Under the pieces are notes generated by a model. The model saw only the letters and a program-made list of their open reading frames with translations, did not search any database and was not told the origin of the DNA. 64,000 nucleotides of DNA from the sequence record PZ476263.1; one strand, given 5' to 3'. The DNA comes from a phage. Numbering within the stretch: the first letter of the stretch is position 1; each line of letters opens with the position of its first letter. Below, in pieces: positions 37,593 to 46,959 of this stretch. Made by a program: the position numbers and the translations under genes.

Positions 37593-38105
37593 TTTTTCTT
37601 CTCCTCTTTGTCTTTGTAAAAAACATGATTTTCTATTGTAACCGTACGCTTGAGAAGTTTTCTCCAAATTGGTTTAACCTTCTTCGTATGATAGTACAGA
37701 GATCCGTATGTCGGGTCAAGTCTTTTATAAAGTAATTCATTATCTTTTATTTTGTGAACAAACTTAGATATGTTTATCGCAACTTCCCATGAATCTTTAT
37801 CAGTGATTCGATAATCAGATTTAACAAGTGTCCATGAAAATTGTGAAGACTGGTAAAAACACCCCCTTCATGGTGGTAGGGAACTTATCATGTTTCATTC
37901 TGTTCATGGTCACAAAAGCAACAGCCATCTGACCATTAACTGTCTCACCTCTCGCCTCCATATAGACATTACAGGCAAGAGATTTTACAGAATTATCCTT
38001 CTTACTGCATTTATGGATAACCTTCTGTGCTCTCTCTTTGGCATAAGTAAAGCCTGGTGCCAGAGACAGAGTACAAACTAAAACACCTAAAACAATATTT
38101 CTCAT
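37589..38105 (-). CDS. SleB/CwlJ-type cell-wall hydrolase with signal peptide (putative endolysin), interrupted by +1 frameshift in G5 tract
   Basis: Signal peptide MRNIVLGVLVCTLSLAPGFTYA; Hydrolase_2-like NVYMEARGETVNGQMAVAFVTMNR; frame breaks at C5 (+ strand 37862-37866), and one G fewer would continue ...MKG-CFYQSSQFSWT, the expected motif. Confidence 0.6.
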
Positions 38106-38151
38106 CTTTCCTCCAATTGAGGACCCAGTTTATCACTGGGTCGCTCTCTTG

Positions 38152-38535
38152 TCAATTCCCTTTTTTACTTACAATCTGATCAGCGATCCCTTTCCACAGA
38201 TCATTTAAGAAAGGATTGCTGGTGATAACTTCACCCAACCAAGGACCATACAGACGATAAACATAATCATCTGTTATCGCATACAAAGAACCTTGACGTA
38301 CTGCAAGTCCACGAACAAGGGAAGTTGTTACTCGTCTACCATAATCCCCTGTTTCTTTTGCAACGGATTCTTTGTTTTCAATATAACCAACAAGATTTAC
38401 GAGTTTATCAATACCATCGATCTTGAATCCACACTTACTTTCAAGATCTTCTTGCAAAGTACTAAAACCTTCCAAGCATAAATTGCCACCGAATTTTAAA
38501 CCATACTTAGCTGCAAATTTATCTTGTGAATTCAT
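38152..38535 (-). CDS. hypothetical protein
   Basis: 127-aa ORF. Confidence 0.5.
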   Translation of the reverse strand: MNSQDKFAAKYGLKFGGNLCLEGFSTLQEDLESKCGFKIDGIDKLVNLVGYIENKESVAKETGDYGRRVTTSLVRGLAVRQGSLYAITDDYVYRLYGPWLGEVITSNPFLNDLWKGIADQIVSKKGN

Positions 38536-38738
38536 CAGTATTTCCCTGTTTGGATTTTTCGGGTCTGTTCAGCAATATTTTCAACAGTTTGCTTAACTTT
38601 AATAATCGCTCCATCCACTAAAGTAACTTCAACATGATTACCGTATAGTTCGTTATAACGCTCACGAAAATACAAGACAGATTCTGCACGAACACCGATT
38701 TTAGTATCATCACCACAAATTTCTAATTCTACAAACAT
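38535..38738 (-). CDS. hypothetical protein
   Basis: Likely starts at internal Met (MFVELEICG); track ORF to 38858 overlaps neighbour. Confidence 0.4.
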   Translation of the reverse strand: MFVELEICGDDTKIGVRAESVLYFRERYNELYGNHVEVTLVDGAIIKVKQTVENIAEQTRKIQTGKY

Positions 38739-38739
38739 A

Positions 38740-39003
38740 TCATTCCTCCTTTTCTGCTTCATAACGACGAAGAACAGCTTCACAAATGCCAAGAAATTCT
38801 TGAGTGGAGATATCTTTACCTGCCATACCGATTGTATTGAATAAAACTTCAAGGTCAATAGCTTTTGTATCTTTCTTGAGTTTCAGGGAACCATCTTTAT
38901 TGTACTTCAATTTTTCCAAGAAGAGCATTTGTGGATGTTTACCATTCGGATCAGTGGTTGCAAGATAATCCATAATGTCTTCACGAGGTTCAACGATATT
39001 CAT
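38740..39003 (-). CDS. hypothetical protein
   Basis: 87-aa ORF. Confidence 0.45.
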   Translation of the reverse strand: MNIVEPREDIMDYLATTDPNGKHPQMLFLEKLKYNKDGSLKLKKDTKAIDLEVLFNTIGMAGKDISTQEFLGICEAVLRRYEAEKEE

Positions 39004-39004
39004 A

Positions 39005-39448
39005 TTATTCTCCTGTTAAGTTAAGCTTTGTACCTTTACGAGATTCTAAGAAATTTTTCAAATCTCCGAACTTACCCTTGGGTTTTTCTAAATAAGATGG
39101 TGCTTTATTATAATCCCACTCTTCCTTGGTCTTGTCAATGTCTTTTACACGATCCTCTATGAGTTTTCGAAAAGTGTAAGCTGAATAACCAGAGCGAATA
39201 ACTTTTGGAGGTACGTAGCGCATAAGTCCTGCATCTATCGCCCTTTTGGACAGCCTCAGCTTTTGGTTGTGCATCTTTATACATTTTAAAACATATTGAG
39301 AAAATTCTTCTTTGAATGCTGGATGAATCAATGATTCAGGTGCACCAAACTGAACCTTATTGTAATTTCCATTTCCATCATTAAAGTAACATACTTCTGG
39401 ACGACCTGCAATCACTTCAACATTAAATTCTTCAACTGTGAACTTCAT
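39005..39448 (-). CDS. hypothetical protein
   Basis: 147-aa ORF. Confidence 0.5.
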   Translation of the reverse strand: MKFTVEEFNVEVIAGRPEVCYFNDGNGNYNKVQFGAPESLIHPAFKEEFSQYVLKCIKMHNQKLRLSKRAIDAGLMRYVPPKVIRSGYSAYTFRKLIEDRVKDIDKTKEEWDYNKAPSYLEKPKGKFGDLKNFLESRKGTKLNLTGE

Positions 39449-39515
39449 AATAAAAATGCCCTCACTGTTTCCAATAAGGGCATATTAATATAATTTTAAC
39501 TACCTGTCAATCACT

Positions 39516-39923
39516 TTAAGAGACAAATACAAAATCTTCGAACTTCTCTTTAACCACTCTCCATTTCCACAGGTGACCATCAAGAGGTAACTCTTCCCCT
39601 TTTTCCCAACCACCACCATTTTTGAAAGATTTGTCCTGAGTTAAACGAAACCTTTTATTATCTACAAAAACCCCTTTAACTTTTTCACCAAGTGAAATAG
39701 TGGAACTCTTAGATGCAATGCATTCAAAAACAAGAGATTCAACATCTAAAGAGTCACGATGCATCTCTTCAAAATTTATCTCTAAAACCTTGGCGACAAC
39801 GGGAAGACCCGCTTCAATCTTTTCTTTAGCTTTCAACAGGAATTCCAGATCATCAGAGTCTTTTTCAAATTTGAACTCTTCATCATTATTCCATTTTGTC
39901 CACAATTGGTATTTCTTGATCAT
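39516..39923 (-). CDS. hypothetical protein
   Basis: 135-aa ORF. Confidence 0.5.
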   Translation of the reverse strand: MIKKYQLWTKWNNDEEFKFEKDSDDLEFLLKAKEKIEAGLPVVAKVLEINFEEMHRDSLDVESLVFECIASKSSTISLGEKVKGVFVDNKRFRLTQDKSFKNGGGWEKGEELPLDGHLWKWRVVKEKFEDFVFVS

Positions 39924-39937
39924 CTTTTAATCCTTCT

Positions 39938-40258
39938 TTAATTGAGTAGTTGGATTTTTGGAGTTGTGTCTGCTTTAGCTTCATCACGGAGTCGTTGACG
40001 AACATACAGTTCAATATCTGTTGGTCGCCACAGTTCAACAATAACGACTTCAAATCGGTTAGGATGAGCACCTAGTTGGCTGTTCATATGCTCTGCCATA
40101 AGATCTGCACTGGTTTTGTCTGCAAATACTGCCTTCGCGACAATATTTTTACCGTCTGCCGTCTGGCCCATGCTCATCGATGGGATGTTGTGACCCGCAT
40201 CGTTATCACGAATAGCGAATACCAGTGTAGTGCTTGCATCTTTTAGTAAATCAGTCAT
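39938..40258 (-). CDS. hypothetical protein
   Basis: Likely starts at internal Met (MTDLLKD); track ORF to 40369. Confidence 0.45.
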   Translation of the reverse strand: MTDLLKDASTTLVFAIRDNDAGHNIPSMSMGQTADGKNIVAKAVFADKTSADLMAEHMNSQLGAHPNRFEVVIVELWRPTDIELYVRQRLRDEAKADTTPKIQLLN

Positions 40259-40463
40259 TAATAATCTCCACCTTGTCTGTAATTGAACCCATGTAACACA
40301 AACCCTCAGGACCGCCAAACGGGACCAGTATCTTATTTTTGTACTCCATAGCATCATCCGATGCTTCAAAGATCATACTGTATACTGGCTTACCGAATAA
40401 GTCACAGTCTGTAATATAACGGAACTTATCTCCCTTTACAATATCTTTCGCAAGTTTATTCAT
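40251..40463 (-). CDS. hypothetical protein
   Basis: 70-aa ORF. Confidence 0.4.
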   Translation of the reverse strand: MNKLAKDIVKGDKFRYITDCDLFGKPVYSMIFEASDDAMEYKNKILVPFGGPEGLCYMGSITDKVEIIND

Positions 40464-41154
40464 TTTCTTTATTCTCCAGGGTGATTGGTGATATACCTAA
40501 ACCTTCCATACCCTTATTTAAGATTACACGGTGTACACTAGCTTCAAACTCAGCCTGTGCTTGTGCCTTGATCACTTCGGTATTCTCCTCGAACATACGG
40601 ACAGCAAAATCTGTAGTTTCAGGCAGTTTTCGATGAATCTCTGTCAGTTTGGAGTAAGCTATCGCAAGTTTTCCTTTGGTCACTTTACCACTCGTAATCA
40701 TATTTTCAATATCTGAAAGACCATCTTCATAGTCTTTGAGCATCTTTTGTAAATCCTTTTTAATGTCTACACCAGATAATTCAGATGTACTCTTTTGACC
40801 GACAATACGCGGGATCGGGCCTTCACCTTTTACATGACGTAAAGTAGCCGGAACACCTTGACCACTATGGCAAGACACGAGACTGGCCCATTGGTAAGCG
40901 GTCATTTCAACTTCAACAATACGCTGGCGAGATTTTTCATAATATGTTGGGATACCTGAAGTAACATCCTGATAGCCTTGACTAATCCGTAAACAAACAC
41001 GCTGGTTATGTGTGGTATCTGATCCAAACATTTCCATGTCACCACCCTGAGGATGAGTAATAGTCACCATCCCATAAGCAGGGTGTTCTTGAATAAGACG
41101 GTCCATCGAACCTACTTGCTGAACTTTAACTTCTGGTTTTTGTTTGTTGCTCAT
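40456..41154 (-). CDS. hypothetical protein
   Basis: 232-aa ORF. Confidence 0.55.
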   Translation of the reverse strand: MSNKQKPEVKVQQVGSMDRLIQEHPAYGMVTITHPQGGDMEMFGSDTTHNQRVCLRISQGYQDVTSGIPTYYEKSRQRIVEVEMTAYQWASLVSCHSGQGVPATLRHVKGEGPIPRIVGQKSTSELSGVDIKKDLQKMLKDYEDGLSDIENMITSGKVTKGKLAIAYSKLTEIHRKLPETTDFAVRMFEENTEVIKAQAQAEFEASVHRVILNKGMEGLGISPITLENKENE

Positions 41155-41158
41155 ATGA

Positions 41159-41464
41159 TCACTCCTTCAAAGATTCAATGCATTCTTCCAAAATCTGTTT
41201 TGCATGTTTAAGTTTAATGTTGTTTTGACTTTGTTTTTGTTTTTCACGAATTTCTTCAAAGAAAAGATGATCAGCCAAGTTCATAAGTTCTGTTGCTAAT
41301 TCACGGGCCTCTTCACGAGACAAACGGATGCCTGCCGCTGCTGATTTGCCACTTGCAATCTGCGTCATGTTGGTTTCAATAACAATCTTACCCCTTTCAA
41401 TCTCGGAGGGAGAGATACACAAAGAACCTTCATATTGTGAACTTTTTTCTTTATACAATTTCAT
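41159..41464 (-). CDS. hypothetical coiled-coil protein
   Basis: 101-aa ORF. Confidence 0.45.
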   Translation of the reverse strand: MKLYKEKSSQYEGSLCISPSEIERGKIVIETNMTQIASGKSAAAGIRLSREEARELATELMNLADHLFFEEIREKQKQSQNNIKLKHAKQILEECIESLKE

Positions 41465-41474
41465 ACTTTTCTCC

Positions 41475-42017
41475 TTATTTACGTTTAAATTTGTTATGGC
41501 CTTTTCCTTTCTTCAATTTCGATTGTTTCCAATCTGAAGTATTTGAATTTCCAATTTCAATCGGGCTTGCAAACCAACTTGTAAGATCTTTCTTAGTGAT
41601 ATGCTTCCCAATAGTAGGACATGCACCAAGTAATACAGCTTTAGATTTAATTTCTACAACAGCTTCATTAACTTCATCTTTAAAAGAATCCATAAATTTA
41701 CCAGTTGTCTCAATATCGTAATTACTGTATGAATGAACATAAAGCATAGTTTTAAGCTCATGACGGTTACTTACAACAACTTTAAAACCAGTGTAAGTCC
41801 TCAATCTTGAAAAGATTTCCTGAATGTCATCTGCATCTACAACCGAATCTTTGTCAAGAGACTGAATCAATAAGTATTTAAAATCGAATTTGTAGTCAGA
41901 TTTTGGATTCTTGATTGTTTCAACATACTCTTCAAGACGTTCCCACTCAGTAGGATCATTAATAAGGTCTTCAATACGAAAGATAAAGGGATGCTTGCGA
42001 TTTTGTTGAACTGTCAT
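41475..42017 (-). CDS. hypothetical protein
   Basis: 180-aa ORF, basic C-terminus. Confidence 0.5.
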   Translation of the reverse strand: MTVQQNRKHPFIFRIEDLINDPTEWERLEEYVETIKNPKSDYKFDFKYLLIQSLDKDSVVDADDIQEIFSRLRTYTGFKVVVSNRHELKTMLYVHSYSNYDIETTGKFMDSFKDEVNEAVVEIKSKAVLLGACPTIGKHITKKDLTSWFASPIEIGNSNTSDWKQSKLKKGKGHNKFKRK

Positions 42018-42071
42018 TTTATTATCCTCTTTTGTTTAAGTAGGGTCATTATACATGACCCTTATTGTGTG

Positions 42072-42323
42072 TCAAGCAAAAATTAAAGAAAGTACCTTAA
42101 CAACGACCTGTGGGAACAGGATGATATAATAAACCCCTAAAAGTAAGAAAGGGATAATCAATAACTTTGACTTTACACTGAAAGTTTTATTGAACAAAGA
42201 TTTAATCTGTTCGTAAGTATTGATGATTGTCTGATAATAGGCGGCAGATCCTGAAAAAATACCGATAAGAATCAGAACCATTACACTCGCATTTTCAGAA
42301 ATTGTAAAAATTGCATCGATCAT
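42072..42323 (-). CDS. small membrane protein
   Basis: 83 aa, two or three hydrophobic helices. Confidence 0.45.
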   Translation of the reverse strand: MIDAIFTISENASVMVLILIGIFSGSAAYYQTIINTYEQIKSLFNKTFSVKSKLLIIPFLLLGVYYIILFPQVVVKVLSLIFA

Positions 42324-42325
42324 TT

Positions 42326-42574
42326 TTATTCTCCTTGGTTAATGGTGGAAACTGAAATACGGGTTTTACCTGTGCTGTAAGATGTACTTACCTGTGCACT
42401 TGGACAATAGATTGCACGTAGTGCAGGACCTTGACCACGTACAACGTAAATCTCACAACCTTTTGCCACAAGCTCTGGAGGAAGAACATAGCTATCTGAT
42501 ACTTTTTCCGTTTGTCGGTCGTCACATGCACTAATCATAAACACTAATGCGATTACTGTCAACAACTTTTTCAT
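42326..42574 (-). CDS. putative small lipoprotein
   Basis: 82 aa; signal peptide with lipobox MKKLLTVIALVFMISAC. Confidence 0.5.
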   Translation of the reverse strand: MKKLLTVIALVFMISACDDRQTEKVSDSYVLPPELVAKGCEIYVVRGQGPALRAIYCPSAQVSTSYSTGKTRISVSTINQGE

Positions 42575-42934
42575 TTAATCAACCCTCTTAAAGTAAACCC
42601 TAACCTTAACGACATCAAGAATCTTATTGCTATTCCCGCCGCAATTTTGTAGTCGACGACGTTTATCATCGGCTTCACTGTAGTCCCCAAATAAGTAAAA
42701 ATCTTTTCCAATTGTGGGGATATTATCCTGACCACGAATGGCTAATGCATATTTAATGCCGTCGCCTTCGATAAGTCCACGACTTACTTGTTTACTTACC
42801 CATTTCTCAAACTCCTTTGGTGTGGTGTCTTCAATCTCTTTGTAACCTTCCATTCCCCAAAGCTTATCCCAAAACTTGTCTTCAATCAAGATAATTTTAT
42901 CTTTTAATTTCTTAATGCTATTTTTAATCTTCAT
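42575..42934 (-). CDS. hypothetical protein
   Basis: 119-aa ORF. Confidence 0.5.
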   Translation of the reverse strand: MKIKNSIKKLKDKIILIEDKFWDKLWGMEGYKEIEDTTPKEFEKWVSKQVSRGLIEGDGIKYALAIRGQDNIPTIGKDFYLFGDYSEADDKRRRLQNCGGNSNKILDVVKVRVYFKRVD

Positions 42935-43421
42935 CTATAATTTTCATCCAACTTGGTTTAGAGAATCCCATCGCAAGAGTATCAATCTCTTGCTTAGCCT
43001 TTTGTTCTATTACATTTTGCAATACGATTTCGTTTGCCTCTGGTAAACTAGAATACGCTTCTCTGATTACCCTGTCAAACTTTTCCTTCATCTTTTTAAC
43101 TTCAACCTTAATTTCTACTTCGTCCATTGCATCTTTACAAACACAACAATGACCCTTAAAGTTTAATGTTGACCTGTCTTGTATTGGGAGTGCCACTCTC
43201 CCACAATAAGCACATACGGGAGTACCATAATCACCGATCATCACTGTTTTTGTGGGACGCAAACCAGTTTTAGTAGGGTTCCAGTCAGAAACCCAACCAT
43301 CTTTTCCATAAAGAGTGGAAAAGAAAGGGTATGCTCTTTCATCTACATGATCTTCATCTTTATTTTTCGTCTTTCCTAAGAATTTTATCATCTTCGTATC
43401 CTCGTCGTTTTGATGATTCAA
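42924..43421 (-). CDS. hypothetical protein with Cys-rich zinc-finger-like motif; first gene of leftward block
   Basis: 165 aa; CAYCGR...CCVCKD. Confidence 0.5.
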   Translation of the reverse strand: MNHQNDEDTKMIKFLGKTKNKDEDHVDERAYPFFSTLYGKDGWVSDWNPTKTGLRPTKTVMIGDYGTPVCAYCGRVALPIQDRSTLNFKGHCCVCKDAMDEVEIKVEVKKMKEKFDRVIREAYSSLPEANEIVLQNVIEQKAKQEIDTLAMGFSKPSWMKIIDED

Positions 43422-43449
43422 ATTTACGAGAACTTGAGGGAGAAGTCAA
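43421..43449 (-). promoter_or_regulatory. sigma70-like promoter for leftward block
   Basis: On - strand TTGACT (rc 43444-43449), 17-nt spacer, TAAATT (rc 43421-43426); spacer contains the GAACTTGAGGG motif also repeated at 51.3-51.5 kb. Confidence 0.5.
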
Positions 43450-43512
43450 TACTTGATTTTCATTTATTTTGTGATATTCTTCTCTCAACTTAAACGAGAA
43501 GGAGAGTAATAG

Positions 43513-44043
43513 ATGAAAAAAGATAAAGAGCTTGCAATTGCAATCAGTCTTGCAGCACATCACCACGTTGATCAAACAGATAAAGGAGGTAACGTATACA
43601 TCCTTCACCCTTTGGAAGTTATGAATACTCTAGCAAGTCGTGGTGATTATCATCTTATGGCTGCTGGTGTTCTTCACGACATTCTGGAGGATTGCCCTGT
43701 TACTGAACAAGATTTATTGGACGCAGGGATTAGTATAAAGACAGTAAGAACAGTGAAGAAAGTTACAAAGGTTAAGGGTCAGAAACCTCGGGACTATCTC
43801 TTAGGTATCTTGTATGACATTAACGCTTCAAAAGTTAAGTTGGCAGATCTTAAGCATAACTTGGATCTTCTACGTGTTCGTGAAATCGACGAGAAAGCAG
43901 TAAAAAGAATTAAAAAATATGTTGACATGTATACCGTAATAGAGCAATCTATTGCCTGGCAACAAAAGAACTTTGAAGATTCGGATTCTTACTATAATGC
44001 AAGAGATGAGTATCTGGAGGAGTTAATCAAAATACTGAAATAA
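43513..44043 (+). CDS. small alarmone hydrolase (RelA/SpoT-type HD domain, (p)ppGpp hydrolase-like)
   Basis: 176 aa; HD-domain motifs AAHHH, AAGVLHDILED and KLADLKHNL, characteristic of SpoT/Mesh1-type hydrolases. Confidence 0.7.
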   Translation: MKKDKELAIAISLAAHHHVDQTDKGGNVYILHPLEVMNTLASRGDYHLMAAGVLHDILEDCPVTEQDLLDAGISIKTVRTVKKVTKVKGQKPRDYLLGILYDINASKVKLADLKHNLDLLRVREIDEKAVKRIKKYVDMYTVIEQSIAWQQKNFEDSDSYYNARDEYLEELIKILK

Positions 44044-44059
44044 ATTATTAAAAAAGTTA

Positions 44060-44088
44060 TTGACACGATAAACAAAACGCTCCATAAT
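44060..44088 (+). promoter_or_regulatory. sigma70-like promoter
   Basis: TTGACA (44060-44065), 17 nt, CATAAT (44083-44088); RBS AAAGGAG before ATG 44121. Confidence 0.6.
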
Positions 44089-44120
44089 GAGCACATCAAC
44101 TAAACGAAAGGAGAAACAAA

Positions 44121-45350
44121 ATGCAAGCAACTTATCAACGTATGGACCAGAGCATGTTCAAAAAACGTATCAGCATTCGTCATATGGAAGCGCTTATTCG
44201 CTTGGGTGCATCGATTGGTAAAACTGTGTTCTTTTATGGCGGCGCTGGTCTGGGTAAATCCGAGAAAGTTCGTCAGATCGCAGACGCAATGTTCCCAAAT
44301 CGCGTAGGTAATAACCTCTGTGATGTTCGTCTGTCCGATAAAGAACCACAAGACGTTGCAGGTATTCCGATCCCTGTTACCTTGATTGATGAGAAAACTG
44401 GTAAAGAAGTTACTCGTACCGTTTATGCTGTACCAAACTTCTGGCCTACCGATCCTGATTGGCAGGGTATTGTTTTCCTTGATGAACTGCCTAACGCCCC
44501 GCTGGGTACTCAGCACTCGGCATATCAGGTAATTCTGGATCACGTTGCAGGTGAGCATAAATTCCCTGAAGGCTGCGTGTTTGTAGGTGCGGGTAACCGT
44601 GATACCGATGGTGCAGGTACTACCACAATGCCAGGTCCATTGGTTAACCGTATGATCTTGGCAGAAATTGATTATAACTTGGATGTTTGGATTGAAGATT
44701 ATGCGATTCCTTATCGTTTACATCCGAACGTAATTGGTTTCCTCAAGCAATTCCCTGAACATTTTTACACAGGGGATGTTGAGAACCGAAGCACTCAGGT
44801 ATTCGCTTCGCCTCGCCAATGGAAAACTGTTTCAGATATCCTTTATAAATATGATCAAGGAACTATGTCTGAATTTATCGCAGAGGTGGCGATTGCAGGT
44901 ACAGTTGGCGAAGGTCTTGAAGTTCAAGTATTGGCTTATCATATGCGTACTAAAGAACTTCCGGCGATTGAAGACATTTTCAGCGGTAAAACTAAAGAGC
45001 ATAAGTTGGATCGTAGTAAAAACGACCTGGTTTATGTATTGGCACAGACTGGTCTTCGTAAGATGGAAGATGAAGTCATGGATAATGAGATTAAGGATGA
45101 AGATTTCCTGGAGCGTTCAGGTAACTTCTTAACCTTTATGTACAATAACTATTACGATAACAACAAGGATACTCTGATTGCGATGATCTTGGGTGTATTC
45201 CGTGGTCCAAATGACAAGCCGTCCATTTTGACTGTTAACCCTCGTCGTCAGAAGATGATCCCGATGATGCGTAAGACTTGTCCGACCATCTCAGCTGTTG
45301 TTATGGAGTACATGACTCGTTATGGTCAACTGATTAAAGATTTTGAATAA
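44121..45350 (+). CDS. MoxR/CbbQ/CobS-like AAA+ ATPase
   Basis: 409 aa; Walker A FFYGGAGLGKSE; Walker B VFLDELPNAP. Confidence 0.75.
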   Translation: MQATYQRMDQSMFKKRISIRHMEALIRLGASIGKTVFFYGGAGLGKSEKVRQIADAMFPNRVGNNLCDVRLSDKEPQDVAGIPIPVTLIDEKTGKEVTRTVYAVPNFWPTDPDWQGIVFLDELPNAPLGTQHSAYQVILDHVAGEHKFPEGCVFVGAGNRDTDGAGTTTMPGPLVNRMILAEIDYNLDVWIEDYAIPYRLHPNVIGFLKQFPEHFYTGDVENRSTQVFASPRQWKTVSDILYKYDQGTMSEFIAEVAIAGTVGEGLEVQVLAYHMRTKELPAIEDIFSGKTKEHKLDRSKNDLVYVLAQTGLRKMEDEVMDNEIKDEDFLERSGNFLTFMYNNYYDNNKDTLIAMILGVFRGPNDKPSILTVNPRRQKMIPMMRKTCPTISAVVMEYMTRYGQLIKDFE

Positions 45351-45355
45351 AATCG

Positions 45356-45384
45356 TTGACAACAAAATCTAACTGACTTATTAT
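45356..45384 (+). promoter_or_regulatory. sigma70-like promoter
   Basis: TTGACA (45356-45361), 17 nt, TATTAT (45379-45384). Confidence 0.5.
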
Positions 45385-45432
45385 AGGGGCATCTCGAAAG
45401 GGGTGTCCCTTTTTAATACCGGAGGATATGTA

Positions 45433-46950
45433 ATGATTGACCAAAAAGAAAAAGATATGATTCAACAACAAGACTCAGAAGCTGTTCGTATTATCGAGGC
45501 AGCAAGCCTTCAGTTGATGCGATTTAAACCGTTTTACGGAGTCATGCTGTCATCCATGCCCGTTAAGAACGGTACTTCATGGTGCTCCACAATGGCAACT
45601 GATGGTCGTAACCTCTATTATCATCCAGAATTTATCGCAGGGATGACAGATGAGCGTAAACAGTTAGTTCTTTCACGCCTGAAAGCTTCTGTGAGCGATC
45701 CTCAGCGCCTTAAAGAACTTACCCTGTACATCGAGTCATTTTATCGTCGTAAGACCGCCAGAGAGGTCGCTCTTATCCTTGAGCACGAATGTGACCACGT
45801 AGTTTCTGATCACGCCAGTCGTGGGAAAGGTTTTAATCACGAGCTTTACAATATTGCTGCGGATCATCGTATCAATACAACGGCAGTCCTGATCCATCAA
45901 AAAGGTGATGCATTAGGTAAGGCTTGGTTCCCTCAGGGTGAAAAGACAGTATTTGATCCGTTGCAAGAGTTTGGTTTTATGCATTGGGCTTATTGTGATT
46001 TCAAATTCAAAGATATGTATACAGAGCAGATCTATGAAATTTTGAACAAAGAAGAAAATGAGAAAGATAAATCTGATGGGAAAGGAAATGGATCGGGTAA
46101 CGGTGGGCCGGATGGCGATCTGAAAGGTGTTGACCAACACACAGATGAAAACGGTGATCCTGATGATGGTAATAATGATGTTGAAGATGCATTAGGTATC
46201 GACAAGAAAAGCAAACCAAAGCAGACAGCCGAAGAGCGTCAATATAACGATGGTGTAATGCGTCGAGCTATTGAGAATGCTGTTCAGGCGGCGGGTTCTG
46301 GTGCGCCGGAAGATGCTCGTCTCTTTGTTGAAGCTGACGGTAAGCCAAAGATTAACTACCTTCGTTTGCTTCGTCGTACTATTGAGCGTTTATTTAAACA
46401 GGATGTGTCTTATCGTCGTTTATCTCGTCGTAGTCACTCTTTGACTCGTACATTGCGTGGTGCTGGTTATATTAGTTCTCGACAAACTGTTGGTTTACCT
46501 TCTCACAACAAGCAGAAGACTATTCGTGCGGGTGTTTTCTTTGATGTGTCGGGTTCTTTTAACGATGAACTTCTTAAGCCAACAATGCGAGAGATCAGGG
46601 GTCTTTGTAATCTTTATGATGAGTTTGAAGTTACAATGGCCTGTTGGTCAACTAAGGTTGGTAACATAGAAACTTACACCAAAAAGAATATTAAGGACAT
46701 GGCTAACTATAAGATTAAGACTACTTTTGGTACGGACGTATCTTGTGTCTTTGAAGAGCTAGATAAGATGGAAAATCCTATGGATCAGATCATTATCTAT
46801 ACGGATGGTTACTTCTCTGATGTTTCTCAAACAAAAGATTGGGCCAAAAAGTATGGTAAGAATGTTCTTTGGATCATCCTTGGTCGTGGAGGAAATTCTT
46901 TCAAACCTCCATTCGGCAACGCGATTGATTTTGATAAGTACGTTAAGTAA
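45433..46950 (+). CDS. VWA-domain protein with HExxH motif and acidic linker (partner of AAA+ ATPase)
   Basis: Start placed at ATG 45433 after GGAGGA (track starts at GTG 45403); HECDH motif; acidic low-complexity segment; C-terminal VFFDVSGSF... resembling a VWA MIDAS region. Confidence 0.6.
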   Translation: MIDQKEKDMIQQQDSEAVRIIEAASLQLMRFKPFYGVMLSSMPVKNGTSWCSTMATDGRNLYYHPEFIAGMTDERKQLVLSRLKASVSDPQRLKELTLYIESFYRRKTAREVALILEHECDHVVSDHASRGKGFNHELYNIAADHRINTTAVLIHQKGDALGKAWFPQGEKTVFDPLQEFGFMHWAYCDFKFKDMYTEQIYEILNKEENEKDKSDGKGNGSGNGGPDGDLKGVDQHTDENGDPDDGNNDVEDALGIDKKSKPKQTAEERQYNDGVMRRAIENAVQAAGSGAPEDARLFVEADGKPKINYLRLLRRTIERLFKQDVSYRRLSRRSHSLTRTLRGAGYISSRQTVGLPSHNKQKTIRAGVFFDVSGSFNDELLKPTMREIRGLCNLYDEFEVTMACWSTKVGNIETYTKKNIKDMANYKIKTTFGTDVSCVFEELDKMENPMDQIIIYTDGYFSDVSQTKDWAKKYGKNVLWIILGRGGNSFKPPFGNAIDFDKYVK

Positions 46951-46959
46951 GGAGGTATC

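Noticed and set aside
44100-44558. 152-aa - strand ORF overlapping the AAA+ ATPase start
   Set aside because: Antisense to a gene with clear Walker A/B motifs and its own promoter and RBS.
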